Positions 39,410 through 49,392 of a DNA stretch of 64,000 nucleotides are shown piece after piece. Position 1 is the first letter of the stretch. Each line of letters opens with the position of its first letter. The stretch is from Alphaproteobacteria bacterium. GTDB taxonomy: Bacteria; Pseudomonadota; Alphaproteobacteria; UBA828. The position numbers and the translations under genes were made by a program. The notes under the pieces are model-generated. The model ran no database searches and was not told where the DNA came from. It saw only the letters and a list, made by a program, of their open reading frames with translations. The DNA lies in the NCBI GenBank assembly GCA_965214705.1, contig OZ243972.1:1920001-1984000 (forward strand), in the 5' to 3' direction.

Positions 39410-42328
39410 TCACCGCGCCTCTCCCCCCGCCGCGCCCCGGTCGTGGGCCGACGGGTCGTCGGCCGGCCGGCCCTCGACCCCGTCCGGCGCGGCATTTTCG
39501 GCGGTGCCGAACAGCTTGTCGGCGAGCCAGCCGCCGATCAGCGGCACGCTCTCCGTGGCATGGCGCTCCAGCGGCTTGTCGGCCTCGACGCCCGTCGCCG
39601 CCTGGCCCTCGCGCGTCCGTTCCCGCGCGATCCCGGTGCGCGCCTCGCGCCCGGCCTCGCTCACCGTCATGTCCGCCTTGGTCGCCGCGCGCTCGCGGAT
39701 CGCGTCGCTCTCGACCTCACCCGGCCCGGGCGCGCCCGCCGCGCCGGCGCGCTCCCGCGCGTCCCGGCGCCAGCCCTCGCTGGCTCCGGAGATCTCGCGG
39801 ACGTTGGACTCTGCATACCCGTCCCGCACCGCGTCGTACTCGGCGCGCCCGCCGATCTCCGCCGGGTCGGGGCCGGCAGGAGCGGGGAAGCGCTCGGCGA
39901 CGAAGGCTGCCGCATATTCGCGCAGTACCTGCGCGTCCTCGGGCGTCTGGACCTCGCCGATGCGGATCGCCCCGGCCGTGCCGATCGGCCTGCCGTCCGC
40001 GCCCGGACGATCGGCGAGCCAGACGAAGAAGGCCTGGCCCATGTCGCGGTCGACCGTCTGCGCCCGCGCCTCGACCCGGGCGGACTGCTCCGACCAGCTC
40101 TCGGCTTCCGTGTGCGCCATCGAGGCGCGCTCGCTGAAGCTCCGCATCCGGGTGAGGTTGGCCGAATAACTCTCGTCCAGGCTCGCCGCCTCGCTCTCTC
40201 CGGTGCTGGTGGAGTAGCGCCTCGATGCGTCCATCACCCGGGACCAGAGGTCCGTCACCTGGCGGCTCTCGGCGTAGTCCTTCACCCGGTTCCAGTCGTC
40301 GGACTCGATGGTCTGGCCGCGCCAGGTGGCGGAGCCCCCGGCGCCCAGGCTCACGATCTTGTCCCAGCTTCCGCCGATCTTCGCCTCGCCGGTCAGCATC
40401 AGCGCCTGGCTCTTCGAGATCCCCGCCGTCTCGGCGAGTTTCTGCATGTGCGATTCGAGCGCCTGCGCCTGCGCGCTCTCGCTCTCCGTGACGCCCCTGG
40501 CGAAGGCTTCGCCCGTACTCACGTCGTGGCTGTAGCGCTCGACCAGCGCGGTAGCGTCGGTGACGGCGGCGTTGCGCGCGCTACCGGCCTCCATCGACAG
40601 GTGCCGCGCGAGGGTGCGCGCCTCGCCGGCGCGCTCCTCGAAGTGCGTCGTGAGCGACTCCGACATCCGTATGCCGGCGGCGGGGATGCGGCTGGTGGCG
40701 CTTCCTGCGTCGACGACGACGGTGCCGTCGCCGGTCACGGTGAACAGCGCCCCGCCCGGGGTGTAGCCGGTATGGCGGTCGGCATCGACATGGGCGGAGG
40801 TGCGGACCTGGCGACCCTCCAGCGTCGCATAGCGGTGGACGTCCGTCGCCGTGCTGGCGAGCGAGATGTTGCCGGTGGTGCCCTCGTGGGCCGCCGAGGA
40901 CGCCGCGTCCTGGCCGACCGCCAGCACCGAGGTGGCCAGCACCGTCGCCTTGGAGAGCCCGTAGGCGAGCGCGGCGGCGAGGAACGGCACCGACATGGAG
41001 AGATAGCCCGACATCACCGCGACGTCGGAGGCGAGCGCCCTGATCCCGGCCTGGGCGACCAGCGAGATGCCGATATCGCCCCCCGGCATCAGGGCGGCGG
41101 CCTGCATGCGCTCCGCCGCCTCGCCCATGGAGATGCGGTGGAGGATGGCGTAGAGCGGCCCCCAGGACTGGAGCCAGATCAGCCCGGTGACGTACGACCG
41201 GAATATCGCCGCCCCGGCCGGCGTCAGCATCAGCAGCACCGCCATCGGGAAGGCGCCGACATAGAGGCACTCGAACACGATGCGCAGCAAGGGCACCCAG
41301 GTCTCCGCCTGCCTGCCGATCGCCCGGTAGGCGGAGACGGTCTGGGCCTCGGCCCGCGCCTCGGTATAGGCCCGGAGTGCGGCGGCGTTGCCGGCCTCGG
41401 CCGCCCACTGCTCGCCGGCGTTGTGGACCGCGTTCAGCACCATCTGCTGGCGCATGATCTCGGCGGCCGAGCGCGAGGCGCCGATAAGGAAGCCGTGCGC
41501 GGCGGGAAGCGCGGCCAGCAGCTCGGCCCGCGCCAGCGCGTCCGTCCTCGCGTCGGGGAAGATGCGCCGCCCGAACACCGTGCCGGCCCGGTTCATCTCG
41601 GCGGTCCATTGCGCGTTCAATCGTCCCGCCGCATCGCGGCAGGTGACGATGGCGCGGTCGATGGGCGTCGCGCCGGTGCCCGAGGCCGCCTGCCGCGTCG
41701 CGAACTCCATCATGCGCGCGGGCGAGGCGCCGGCGGACGGCGTGCCCGCCGCGGTCACCAGCGACCAGAGGTCCGTCGACTCCCTCAGATCGTCGGCCGA
41801 GACGTGCCCCAGCAGCAGCGCGTGGAACACGCACTGCCTTGCGTAGTTGCGCATGTTGCGCGCGAACACCGCGTCGGTGATCTCGAGCCGCGTCGCCTTC
41901 GCCGCGAGCCGCGCGCCGAAGATCAGACCGTGGCGCCGGTAGGCGAGGTCGTTCGGCAGCGCGAACGCCTGCTCGGTCAGCCTCGTGAGGCCATCGCCGA
42001 CCTGGCTGGTCACCGAGGCGAAGAGCGCGAGACCCATGGGCACGTTGGCCACCACGGCCGGCGCCAACGCCGGGTCCAGCCGGTCGACCACGCGCACGGT
42101 CGCCTTCGGCACGATCATCGCGCCCCAGACGGCGACGAACAGGAGGATCCATTTCGCGTTGTCCTTCCACGAGCCGCCGAAGGCGGTGCGGAACAGCACC
42201 CAGGCGAGCCCGGCGACGCCGGCGAGCTGGGCCAGAAGCACGTACGCCCCGCCGCCGGTAATCGCTACGACCGCGTTCAGCAGGTCGACCAGGTAGGTCC
42301 CGCCGCCGAGGGTGACGAGCTCGAACAT
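39410..42328 (-). CDS. traG: Mating-pair stabilisation protein TraG
   Basis: MFELVTLGGG..VANVPMGLA..WLQSWGPLYAIL (TraG_N); follows traH. Confidence 0.9.
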   Translation of the reverse strand: MFELVTLGGGTYLVDLLNAVVAITGGGAYVLLAQLAGVAGLAWVLFRTAFGGSWKDNAKWILLFVAVWGAMIVPKATVRVVDRLDPALAPAVVANVPMGLALFASVTSQVGDGLTRLTEQAFALPNDLAYRRHGLIFGARLAAKATRLEITDAVFARNMRNYARQCVFHALLLGHVSADDLRESTDLWSLVTAAGTPSAGASPARMMEFATRQAASGTGATPIDRAIVTCRDAAGRLNAQWTAEMNRAGTVFGRRIFPDARTDALARAELLAALPAAHGFLIGASRSAAEIMRQQMVLNAVHNAGEQWAAEAGNAAALRAYTEARAEAQTVSAYRAIGRQAETWVPLLRIVFECLYVGAFPMAVLLMLTPAGAAIFRSYVTGLIWLQSWGPLYAILHRISMGEAAERMQAAALMPGGDIGISLVAQAGIRALASDVAVMSGYLSMSVPFLAAALAYGLSKATVLATSVLAVGQDAASSAAHEGTTGNISLASTATDVHRYATLEGRQVRTSAHVDADRHTGYTPGGALFTVTGDGTVVVDAGSATSRIPAAGIRMSESLTTHFEERAGEARTLARHLSMEAGSARNAAVTDATALVERYSHDVSTGEAFARGVTESESAQAQALESHMQKLAETAGISKSQALMLTGEAKIGGSWDKIVSLGAGGSATWRGQTIESDDWNRVKDYAESRQVTDLWSRVMDASRRYSTSTGESEAASLDESYSANLTRMRSFSERASMAHTEAESWSEQSARVEARAQTVDRDMGQAFFVWLADRPGADGRPIGTAGAIRIGEVQTPEDAQVLREYAAAFVAERFPAPAGPDPAEIGGRAEYDAVRDGYAESNVREISGASEGWRRDARERAGAAGAPGPGEVESDAIRERAATKADMTVSEAGREARTGIARERTREGQAATGVEADKPLERHATESVPLIGGWLADKLFGTAENAAPDGVEGRPADDPSAHDRGAAGGEAR

Positions 42329-42330
42329 TT

Positions 42331-43758
42331 CTATCTGGCCCCCGCCCCGGCACCGCCGCGAGAGAATGCGAGCGCGGCCCGGAGATCGGCACTGAGCGCG
42401 CCCGCGAGCTCGGTCTCGATCAGGCGCAGCTTCTCGATGACGCCCAGCGCGACATTGAAGCGCCTCAGCCCCTCGCTGCGATGCCGGGACAGCGCCGTGC
42501 GGTTGGCGCGCAGGCCCTCGCGCCAGCGCCGCAGCTGATCGCCGTCGGCGATGTCGAGGGCGCCCGCGCGCTCCTCGACCGTGCGATGGAGATCGGAGAG
42601 CCAGACCTGGAGAATGTCGAGCGCCACGGCTTCCGCGAGCGCGTCCATCTCCTGGTCGACCACCGCGCCGCGGTAGGCGGCGGCGACGTTGGCGATGCGG
42701 TAGACCGGGAGCGTGGTGAGGTTGACCAGACCGAGCGCGGCGGGCGTGGGCGCCGTGTCGGCCCTCACCGCATCGACGAGGTCGCGGAGCAGGGTTGCGA
42801 CGCGACCCCGGAAGCCGTCGCCCGCGGGAATGTTCACCCGCCCGAGCGTGGGGTTGAGGCAGAGATCCGCGGTGTCGCAGCGGTAGACGGGGAGATCGCC
42901 GCCGCCCTCCATTAGCACCTCGGTGATGCGCCGGTCCAGCGCGAGCGGCTCGAGGATGCGGACCCTCGGGCCCGACGCGTCGCCGTCCGAGGTCGGCGCG
43001 GTGACGATCACCGTGCCGGTGATCGACATCGCGAACTCGGCGAGCTCCGTGTCGCCCGAGAGCAACGACGACGCCCGCACCGCCTTCCAGGCGTAGTTGA
43101 CGTTGACCGGCACCTGGTCGGCGATTTCCCCGGAGGCCGAGGCCAGCGTCGAGTTCCTCTTGCCGTCGGCGCCGCAGCCGTGCTTGGCGGCGGCATAGTC
43201 CGAGAAGATGCCCTGGCTGGTCCCGACGGCGGCGCAGATCGCCGCAGACGCCCGGTCGTTCTTCGACCACGCCGCGCCCACCAGCGCCTGGGCGGTCTCG
43301 CAGCTGTTCAGGTTCTGGCTGTTCACCCATTGCGCCAGCGCGCGGAGCTTCGACATGGTCTCGGCGATCACCGGCGAGATGGTTTCCAGGGCGAGCTCGA
43401 AGGCGAAGCCGGCGGCGTTCTGCGCGACCGCGCGGGCGAAGGCCACGAGCTGGTCGGAATCGATGAACGAGAAGGCGCCCGCGAAGGCGTCGATGCCGCC
43501 GCAGCCGGCGCGAAAGGAAGGCAGGTTGACGGTGGCGATCTGCTCGGAGCGTACAGGCGCCCGCATGTAGAGGTTGCCGAGCGTCCAGTGACCCGAGGCC
43601 TGGCCGTCGAAGGCGGTCGGGCCGGTCACGTTCGAGACCGTGCCCTGCCAGAAGGACTGCATCTCCGAGAGAACGTCGGCGCGGCCGGGCACGGAGGCGG
43701 TCAAGGCGAGCGACATCGCCGCCGCGACGATCGCGGTCTTCCCTGCATCAATAGTCAT
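42331..43758 (-). CDS. traH: TraH
   Basis: LPSFRAGCGGIDAFAGAFSFI, NSCETAQALV. Confidence 0.93.
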   Translation of the reverse strand: MTIDAGKTAIVAAAMSLALTASVPGRADVLSEMQSFWQGTVSNVTGPTAFDGQASGHWTLGNLYMRAPVRSEQIATVNLPSFRAGCGGIDAFAGAFSFIDSDQLVAFARAVAQNAAGFAFELALETISPVIAETMSKLRALAQWVNSQNLNSCETAQALVGAAWSKNDRASAAICAAVGTSQGIFSDYAAAKHGCGADGKRNSTLASASGEIADQVPVNVNYAWKAVRASSLLSGDTELAEFAMSITGTVIVTAPTSDGDASGPRVRILEPLALDRRITEVLMEGGGDLPVYRCDTADLCLNPTLGRVNIPAGDGFRGRVATLLRDLVDAVRADTAPTPAALGLVNLTTLPVYRIANVAAAYRGAVVDQEMDALAEAVALDILQVWLSDLHRTVEERAGALDIADGDQLRRWREGLRANRTALSRHRSEGLRRFNVALGVIEKLRLIETELAGALSADLRAALAFSRGGAGAGAR

Positions 43759-44587
43759 CGCCGGTCTCCAGTCGCGTCAGCACGAAGATGCGCTCCGCCA
43801 GCTGGTCTTCCGCGAGCACGCCGTAGCCGACCGGCAGCGCCCGCTTCGTCCTGGTGTCGAACAGCGCGACGGCGGGGAGCGGCGAGCCCGAGAGCCCGAG
43901 CCGGGCGGCCCGCCCGTTGTCGGGCACCGCTTCGGGCCAGCCCTCGAGCGGGCCGCCGGTCATCGACACGGCCAGCACGTCGAGGCCGTGGCGGAGGCTG
44001 AAGGCGCGCAGCAGTGGCCCGAACACCCGGCAGCCGCCGCAGTCGGGATGGCCGAGATAGATCAGCCCGTAGCGCTCCCCGAGCGTCGCCAGCGCGTCGG
44101 CGATCTCACCCCGGCGCTCGTCCGACCAGAACCGCTTGGCAAGCGCGCCCACGGGACGCGTCAGCGTGTAGTCGAGCGCGGGCGTCGCCCACACCGTGCG
44201 GCGGAAGGCGTCCGAGAACACGGCGGCGCGCTGCAAGGCATCGCGCTGGAGCGCGAGATAGGCCGCGACCTTCTCCGGCGTGGGGTCGAGAATCGCCTCC
44301 GCGCGCGCCTCCTCCAGGCGTACGCGCATCGTCGCGATCCGCGCCGTGGCGGTCTTGGACGCAGAGGGCGGTGCGGACAGAACGGGCGCCTGTTCCTCGT
44401 CGCGCTCCTCCTCGCGGTCGCAGTAGAAGTGCCAGCCGAGCGACGGACCCTCGCCCGGCGCACCGCCGCACCAGGGGCGCCACTCCCCGCCCGCCGCGGA
44501 GGCTCCGAGCGCGGCCCAGACGCCGAGCGCCGCGAGGATCCGTGGGAGGGCGCGCATGACGGCCCGTCCGGGAGCGAACGCCATCAT
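43748..44587 (-). CDS. traF: TraF (thioredoxin-like)
   Basis: LGWHFYCD, AILDPTPEKVAAY, CGGC, AVSMTG. Confidence 0.88.
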   Translation of the reverse strand: MMAFAPGRAVMRALPRILAALGVWAALGASAAGGEWRPWCGGAPGEGPSLGWHFYCDREEERDEEQAPVLSAPPSASKTATARIATMRVRLEEARAEAILDPTPEKVAAYLALQRDALQRAAVFSDAFRRTVWATPALDYTLTRPVGALAKRFWSDERRGEIADALATLGERYGLIYLGHPDCGGCRVFGPLLRAFSLRHGLDVLAVSMTGGPLEGWPEAVPDNGRAARLGLSGSPLPAVALFDTRTKRALPVGYGVLAEDQLAERIFVLTRLETGDDY

Positions 44588-45753
44588 TGCCCCCTCTCGT
44601 AGAAGTCGCGCACCCGGTCCCGCATGAAGGTCTGCGTGCCGCCCTTGTCCGGGAGAGAGATCGACGGCTCCATCGATCCGTCGATCAGGTTCTCGGTGAA
44701 CTCGGTGAGGTCGAGCCGGTCGAAGTCGATGCGCTCGATCTCGGCCACCGAGAAGCCCCGGCAGCTCGACCAGCCGAGGCCCAGCTGCGGCCGCGCCTGC
44801 TGGTGCAGGATGCGCCCGAGCTTCGAGCCGAACACGCACCAGGCGCGCGAGCGGCGGATACAGACGCCGAAGAGGGTGCGCTTCGAGCAATACTTGCCGA
44901 GATAGTGGGTGTTGCCGGCGTGGCGCTCCTCGGCGAGCTCGCGCTCGGAGGCCGAGCAGTTGGCGAGTCCGACCAGCAGGCCGGAGTTGCTGCAGCAGTC
45001 GGCCAGCCCGAACAGCTTGATGTGGCAGGCGCGGCGCTCGCCGGAGAAGAAGCGGAGATTGCCGCGGTCGAACTCGTCCGTGCCCATCTCCAACGCCATG
45101 TTGAGTCGCGCGGCGGCGTCCACGAACCCGGTGTTGGCCTCCGGCGCGACGCTCTCGCAGCCGGCGCCCACGCAATACGACACCCGCCCGCAGGACCCAC
45201 CGCGTTCCGCATCGGCCACCCGCGCCGTGCAGTCGGCGACGCTGCCGGAGGCAAGCCCGGAGGCGCCATGGCCGGGAGCCTGTGGAGTATCCGCGACGGC
45301 CTCCGCGCGCACCGCAATGGGATCGTTCGCGGCGACGGGGATATCGGGCCGGACCGTCACGCCCTCGATCACCGCACGGCCGGCCGCGCCGCCGGGATCG
45401 TTCGGGTCGGCGAGGCGCGCCCGCGCCGCGTCCTCCATCTCGTTCGCGCCGACGTTGCGCTCGGGCACGTTCGTGCCCGCATGACCCGGCACCGCCGCGG
45501 CGCTCGATGGATCCCGCGCGATGGCCGAGGCCGCCGCCGTGCCGGCCTGGCCCATTGCCCGGGCTTCCGCCTTGGGATCGCCCGCCCACGAGGCGCCTGC
45601 GAACAGCAGCCAGATCAGGGCGCACCAGACACTCGTGGCGGGGAGCGCAAGCCTGGCGGTCCACGCCAGCAGGCAGGCGAACCGGGTCATGCGCTCCACG
45701 GCAAGGTCAGCTCGGGTCGACCGGGAGTGCGTCGGCTTCATCATGTCCGTCAT
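44584..45753 (-). CDS. traN: TraN (short form)
   Basis: C-terminal FFSGERRAC..DCC..CSASE..YLGKYC..WCVFGSKLGRILHQQAR..CRGF. Confidence 0.88.
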   Translation of the reverse strand: MTDMMKPTHSRSTRADLAVERMTRFACLLAWTARLALPATSVWCALIWLLFAGASWAGDPKAEARAMGQAGTAAASAIARDPSSAAAVPGHAGTNVPERNVGANEMEDAARARLADPNDPGGAAGRAVIEGVTVRPDIPVAANDPIAVRAEAVADTPQAPGHGASGLASGSVADCTARVADAERGGSCGRVSYCVGAGCESVAPEANTGFVDAAARLNMALEMGTDEFDRGNLRFFSGERRACHIKLFGLADCCSNSGLLVGLANCSASERELAEERHAGNTHYLGKYCSKRTLFGVCIRRSRAWCVFGSKLGRILHQQARPQLGLGWSSCRGFSVAEIERIDFDRLDLTEFTENLIDGSMEPSISLPDKGGTQTFMRDRVRDFYERGQ

Positions 45754-46529
45754 CGCTCTCCGTCGAGGCGTTCGAGCATTTGCCGCGCGGCGCCGCGCCC
45801 GGCGTCGCCCTCGGCGGAGATGATCTCCAGCGCAGCGGCGAGGCCGATGTTTCCGGTGACGAGATCGTGCGGCGGAGCGGGATCGTTCGCGCAGCCCCGG
45901 CTCGTGCAGGGCGGCACGCCTCCCGGAACCGCGACCACCACCGGGACGCGCTCGACGCCGAACAGGCGGAACAGACGCGGGTCGATGGCGACGCCCGCTT
46001 CGAGATCGCCGAGGCGTTCGCCGACCGCCTTCACGATCTCCCGCAATCCTCCGTCTCCGACGCCGCGCAGCACCAGCGGCGCTCCCGCCCGCGCGGCGTC
46101 CCGCGCCCACTGCCGCCAGCTCTCCGGCGGCACGGCGAGGCTCATGAAGACGAGGATTTCCGGCGTGTCCGGGCGGCCGCCGATGCCCTCGGCGATCCGC
46201 GCCGCTTGCCTCTCGGCCGGGAGCGGCGGGGCGGCGGTCCCCATTCCCGCAGTCGTCTCCCGCGCGGCCGCGCCGGCCCGCTCCAGGGCGCGGTCGACGA
46301 TCGAGCGGGTCCACGCGCCGAGACCGCCATTCCCGGTTTCGCGGATGATTTCGGCGGCTAGCTCGCGCGCCTGAGATTCCGGCGAGGGCTCTTCGGCAAG
46401 CACGGCGCCGGCGCAGAGCGCCAGCGCCACCACCGCGGTCAGCCCGCCTCGGGCAAGGGCAGCGGCACGAGTGTCTCCGGCACGGGTGTCTCCGGCGCGC
46501 TGTCGGAGGTTTCCTACAAGATGCAGCAC
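45750..46529 (-). CDS. trbC: TrbC (F-type pilus assembly)
   Basis: ILVFMSLAVP..LVLRG..IDPRLFRLFGVERVP..GNIGLAAALE; start uncertain. Confidence 0.85.
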   Translation of the reverse strand: MLHLVGNLRQRAGDTRAGDTRAAALARGGLTAVVALALCAGAVLAEEPSPESQARELAAEIIRETGNGGLGAWTRSIVDRALERAGAAARETTAGMGTAAPPLPAERQAARIAEGIGGRPDTPEILVFMSLAVPPESWRQWARDAARAGAPLVLRGVGDGGLREIVKAVGERLGDLEAGVAIDPRLFRLFGVERVPVVVAVPGGVPPCTSRGCANDPAPPHDLVTGNIGLAAALEIISAEGDAGRGAARQMLERLDGER

Positions 46530-47515
46530 GTGCGTTTCCTCCACAGCAGGTACCCAAAACTCTCGCCCGAGACGGGCACCTCCCGGAGCGATTCCCAGAG
46601 CACCGAGGAGCGCCCCGTGGGGTTGCAGCCGGTCATGGGTGTGGTCGCGGGCACCGGCTGGGTCATCTGCCAGCGGTACTGGCTCTTCTTCATGATCGGC
46701 ATCGGGTAGCGCCCGCAGAGCGCGGCCGATCCCGACGTGCCCCAGGCGAGCCCGGCCCGATGCAGGCGGTAGACCAGCCGCTGGGCCGCCAGCAGGGAGG
46801 CCTGGACGCCGCCGACATGGGCCGCCACGTTGCCGGTCAATGGATACATCCCGCCCTGGCAGCCGGCGCACCAGAACATCGGATCGAGCGGCAGTCCGGC
46901 CGAGGCCGCCGCGCAGTCGGCGGCGCAGGCCGCCTGCGCCGGCAGGTTGGCGAACAGCGCCGCCTCCGGGTTCAGCAGGAACGACAGCTCGTCGTCGAGC
47001 CAGGCCGGGTCGAGCTCCGAGGTCCAGGCGATGTCGAGCGAGCCGCCTTCGAGGCAGCCGAGATCGAGCAGCGCCCCGATCCACGACAGCAGCGGGTACA
47101 CATAGTAATGTACGTGCCAGACCGAGCCCGCGGCGCCGTCGCCGCCCGAGGACCCGGTGCGCCCGCGCGCGGCGGGCAGCCCCGGGTCGATGGTGAGCCC
47201 GCCGAGATTGGGGAAGCACCACGGCGTCCTCGTGACGTCCACCAGCCTTGCCGGCTCCCACACCCCGAGCGAGAGCCCGATCCGGGGGATGGGCGAGCCG
47301 CAGAGGCAGATCGGCGAGGACGGGTTCGGGGTATCGGGCGCGCCCGATACGCTCCCGATGCGGATCGGCCCGATCGAGATCGGGAACAGGCATTCCCAGC
47401 AGACGTCCGCGATCGGATTGACGAAGCGCCCCGTGCAGGCCTGCGCCGAGGCAGGCCCGGCCGGCAGGAGGGCGAACAGCGCGGAAACAAGCAGGAGAAG
47501 ACGGACGGTTCTCAT
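46514..47515 (-). CDS. traU: TraU
   Basis: CTGRFVNPIADVCWECLFPISIG..WRKRTCC. Confidence 0.93.
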   Translation of the reverse strand: MRTVRLLLLVSALFALLPAGPASAQACTGRFVNPIADVCWECLFPISIGPIRIGSVSGAPDTPNPSSPICLCGSPIPRIGLSLGVWEPARLVDVTRTPWCFPNLGGLTIDPGLPAARGRTGSSGGDGAAGSVWHVHYYVYPLLSWIGALLDLGCLEGGSLDIAWTSELDPAWLDDELSFLLNPEAALFANLPAQAACAADCAAASAGLPLDPMFWCAGCQGGMYPLTGNVAAHVGGVQASLLAAQRLVYRLHRAGLAWGTSGSAALCGRYPMPIMKKSQYRWQMTQPVPATTPMTGCNPTGRSSVLWESLREVPVSGESFGYLLWRKRTCCIL

Positions 47516-48201
47516 TGCCTGCCCCCGACACGAGTGTCCCTCCCGTCCACGACGGCGTCGTCGAGCGCGATCTCCGTGATGCGCAGATGCGCGCCCGTGC
47601 GCGTGACCAGCGACGGCGTGAAGCGGAGTCCGAGCCGCGCGGCGAGCCGTCCGCCCTGGTCGAAGTGGAAGGGCCGCCCATGGCGCCGCGCGAGATCGAG
47701 CGGCCGCCCCGCCAGCAGGACGATCTTCGAGGGCCGTCCGTGCGCCAGCGCCCAGGCGATCTCGGCGTCGCGCCTGCCGTCGACGAACAGGAGGTCGCGG
47801 CTGAGCGGCACGTACGCGAACGGGTCGATGCGTGTCTCGGCGGCGGCGATTAGCGTGCCGTCGACGGCGCGGATGTCCCGGGCCACCGTTATCGAGGGGT
47901 CGAAGGTCCACGAGCGCGCCTGTCCGGCCGGCGCGATGCCGGGCACCGGATTCGGCTCCTCCAGCATGCCGCTCGCCCGCTCGCGCGCCTCCGCCTCGAA
48001 GCGGGCGAGCTCGCCGGAGCGTTCCATCTCCGCCAGCCGCACCTCGATCTGCTTGAGAAGATCGGGCTCGGCGACAGGCCAGGTCGCGCCACGCACACCC
48101 AAGTCCTTCGCGGAGACCGACGCGGAAGGCCCCGCGGCAAGCATTGCCAGGAGGCAAAGGACCGCGAGGGGCCGAAAGGACAATGGCGGAAAGCGCGTCA
48201 T
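47512..48201 (-). CDS. traW: TraW
   Basis: DLGVRGATWPVAEPD..FDPS..FDQGGRL. Confidence 0.9.
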   Translation of the reverse strand: MTRFPPLSFRPLAVLCLLAMLAAGPSASVSAKDLGVRGATWPVAEPDLLKQIEVRLAEMERSGELARFEAEARERASGMLEEPNPVPGIAPAGQARSWTFDPSITVARDIRAVDGTLIAAAETRIDPFAYVPLSRDLLFVDGRRDAEIAWALAHGRPSKIVLLAGRPLDLARRHGRPFHFDQGGRLAARLGLRFTPSLVTRTGAHLRITEIALDDAVVDGRDTRVGGRQ

Positions 48202-48767
48202 CGCCGCGTCTCCGCCGGCCCGATATCGTCCGGCCCCACCAGCGGCCCCGCGAGGCCGAGCCAGGGGAGGTCGGGGAGCGCCAGCGCCCGCCCGAGAATG
48301 CGGTCGCGGGGGACCGGCCCGACCTCCGCATAGCGGCTGTCGTGGCTGTCGCGATGATCGGCGTGGACGTAATAGTGCCCCTCGGGAACGGCGCCCGGCC
48401 GGATCGCTTCAAGCGGCCGTCCGTCGAGGGCGTGGCTCTTCGCGCGCGCGACAGGCGCACCGTCGAGGCGCACCGTCCGGTCCGCGTCCACGGTCACGGC
48501 CGCGCCCGGCAGGCCGCGCACGGTCTTGAGCCACGGAGTCCGCGCGCCGAGCGCCGGCGGCGGCTCGAACAGCACCGCGTCGCCGACGGCGGGCTCGCCG
48601 ATGGGCAGCACGAGATAGCCCCAGGCATCGTCCGACCAGCTCGCATTGACGTGCACGCGCGAGGCCGCCGCCAGCCACAGCGAGGCGAGCACTGTCATGA
48701 GCGCGAGCCCGATCCAGGCGCGCTTCCCGCCGCGCCCGCGGGCGGCCAGGATCGCCCGACCCGTCAC
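48198..48767 (-). CDS. S26 conjugative transfer peptidase (TrhF-like)
   Basis: VNASWS, KTVRGLPG, DSHDSRY. Confidence 0.85.
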   Translation of the reverse strand: MTGRAILAARGRGGKRAWIGLALMTVLASLWLAAASRVHVNASWSDDAWGYLVLPIGEPAVGDAVLFEPPPALGARTPWLKTVRGLPGAAVTVDADRTVRLDGAPVARAKSHALDGRPLEAIRPGAVPEGHYYVHADHRDSHDSRYAEVGPVPRDRILGRALALPDLPWLGLAGPLVGPDDIGPAETRR

Positions 48768-49138
48768 GGCCGGTCCTCCCGGCCGGACGTGGCCTGTTTC
48801 ATCCTGTCCTCGATCATGGAGCGCACGACATCGGTCACGTCCGGCGCGCCGGCAGCGACTGCGCGCGAAGGCAGCAGCACCACGTCCCGGCGCCCGACGA
48901 TGTCGCCGAGCGTCCGCTCCAGCGCCGCCGCCCAGAGCCGGGTCGAGGTCTGAATCTCGTCGGCTGAAGCGCCCCTGTGCGCGGCCCTCTCGGCATGCTC
49001 CGCCGCGAGCTCGGCGAGGCGGACGCTCGCGATGCGCGGTCCTTCGTCCACGGACAGGCGCACCGCGCCGGCGGCGACCGCCGCAGCAACGCCGGCAGCG
49101 AGCAGCATGGCGGAGAGGACCACCCGGACCTCGCTCAC
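48764..49138 (-). CDS. trbI: TrbI-like protein
   Basis: N-terminal TM; VVLLPSRAVAAGAPDVT. Confidence 0.75.
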   Translation of the reverse strand: MSEVRVVLSAMLLAAGVAAAVAAGAVRLSVDEGPRIASVRLAELAAEHAERAAHRGASADEIQTSTRLWAAALERTLGDIVGRRDVVLLPSRAVAAGAPDVTDVVRSMIEDRMKQATSGREDRP

Positions 49139-49392
49139 CGCGCTTGCTCCGCGGCCCGCTGCCGGGCCGTCATCGAGACGTACGAACGCGTGTCTCGGTG
49201 CTTGAACCAGGCGGTGCCGTCCTCGTCGTGGAACATGTAGAGGTAGTGGCCCGCCCAGTCGCGCTTCGAGCGCTCGGCGGACAGCACGCCCGCCAGGATC
49301 GCCGCGCGGAACACCTCCTCGGCGTCCCGCACCACCCGGATGCCGGGGGCAATGCCGCCCCGGTTCTCACGCCGCCTGCCGCGCCGCGCCAT
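49135..49392 (-). CDS. Hypothetical protein
   Basis: GGAGG RBS; FRAAILAGVLS..YLYM..FKHRDTRSY; coupled to trbI. Confidence 0.55.
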   Translation of the reverse strand: MARRGRRRENRGGIAPGIRVVRDAEEVFRAAILAGVLSAERSKRDWAGHYLYMFHDEDGTAWFKHRDTRSYVSMTARQRAAEQAR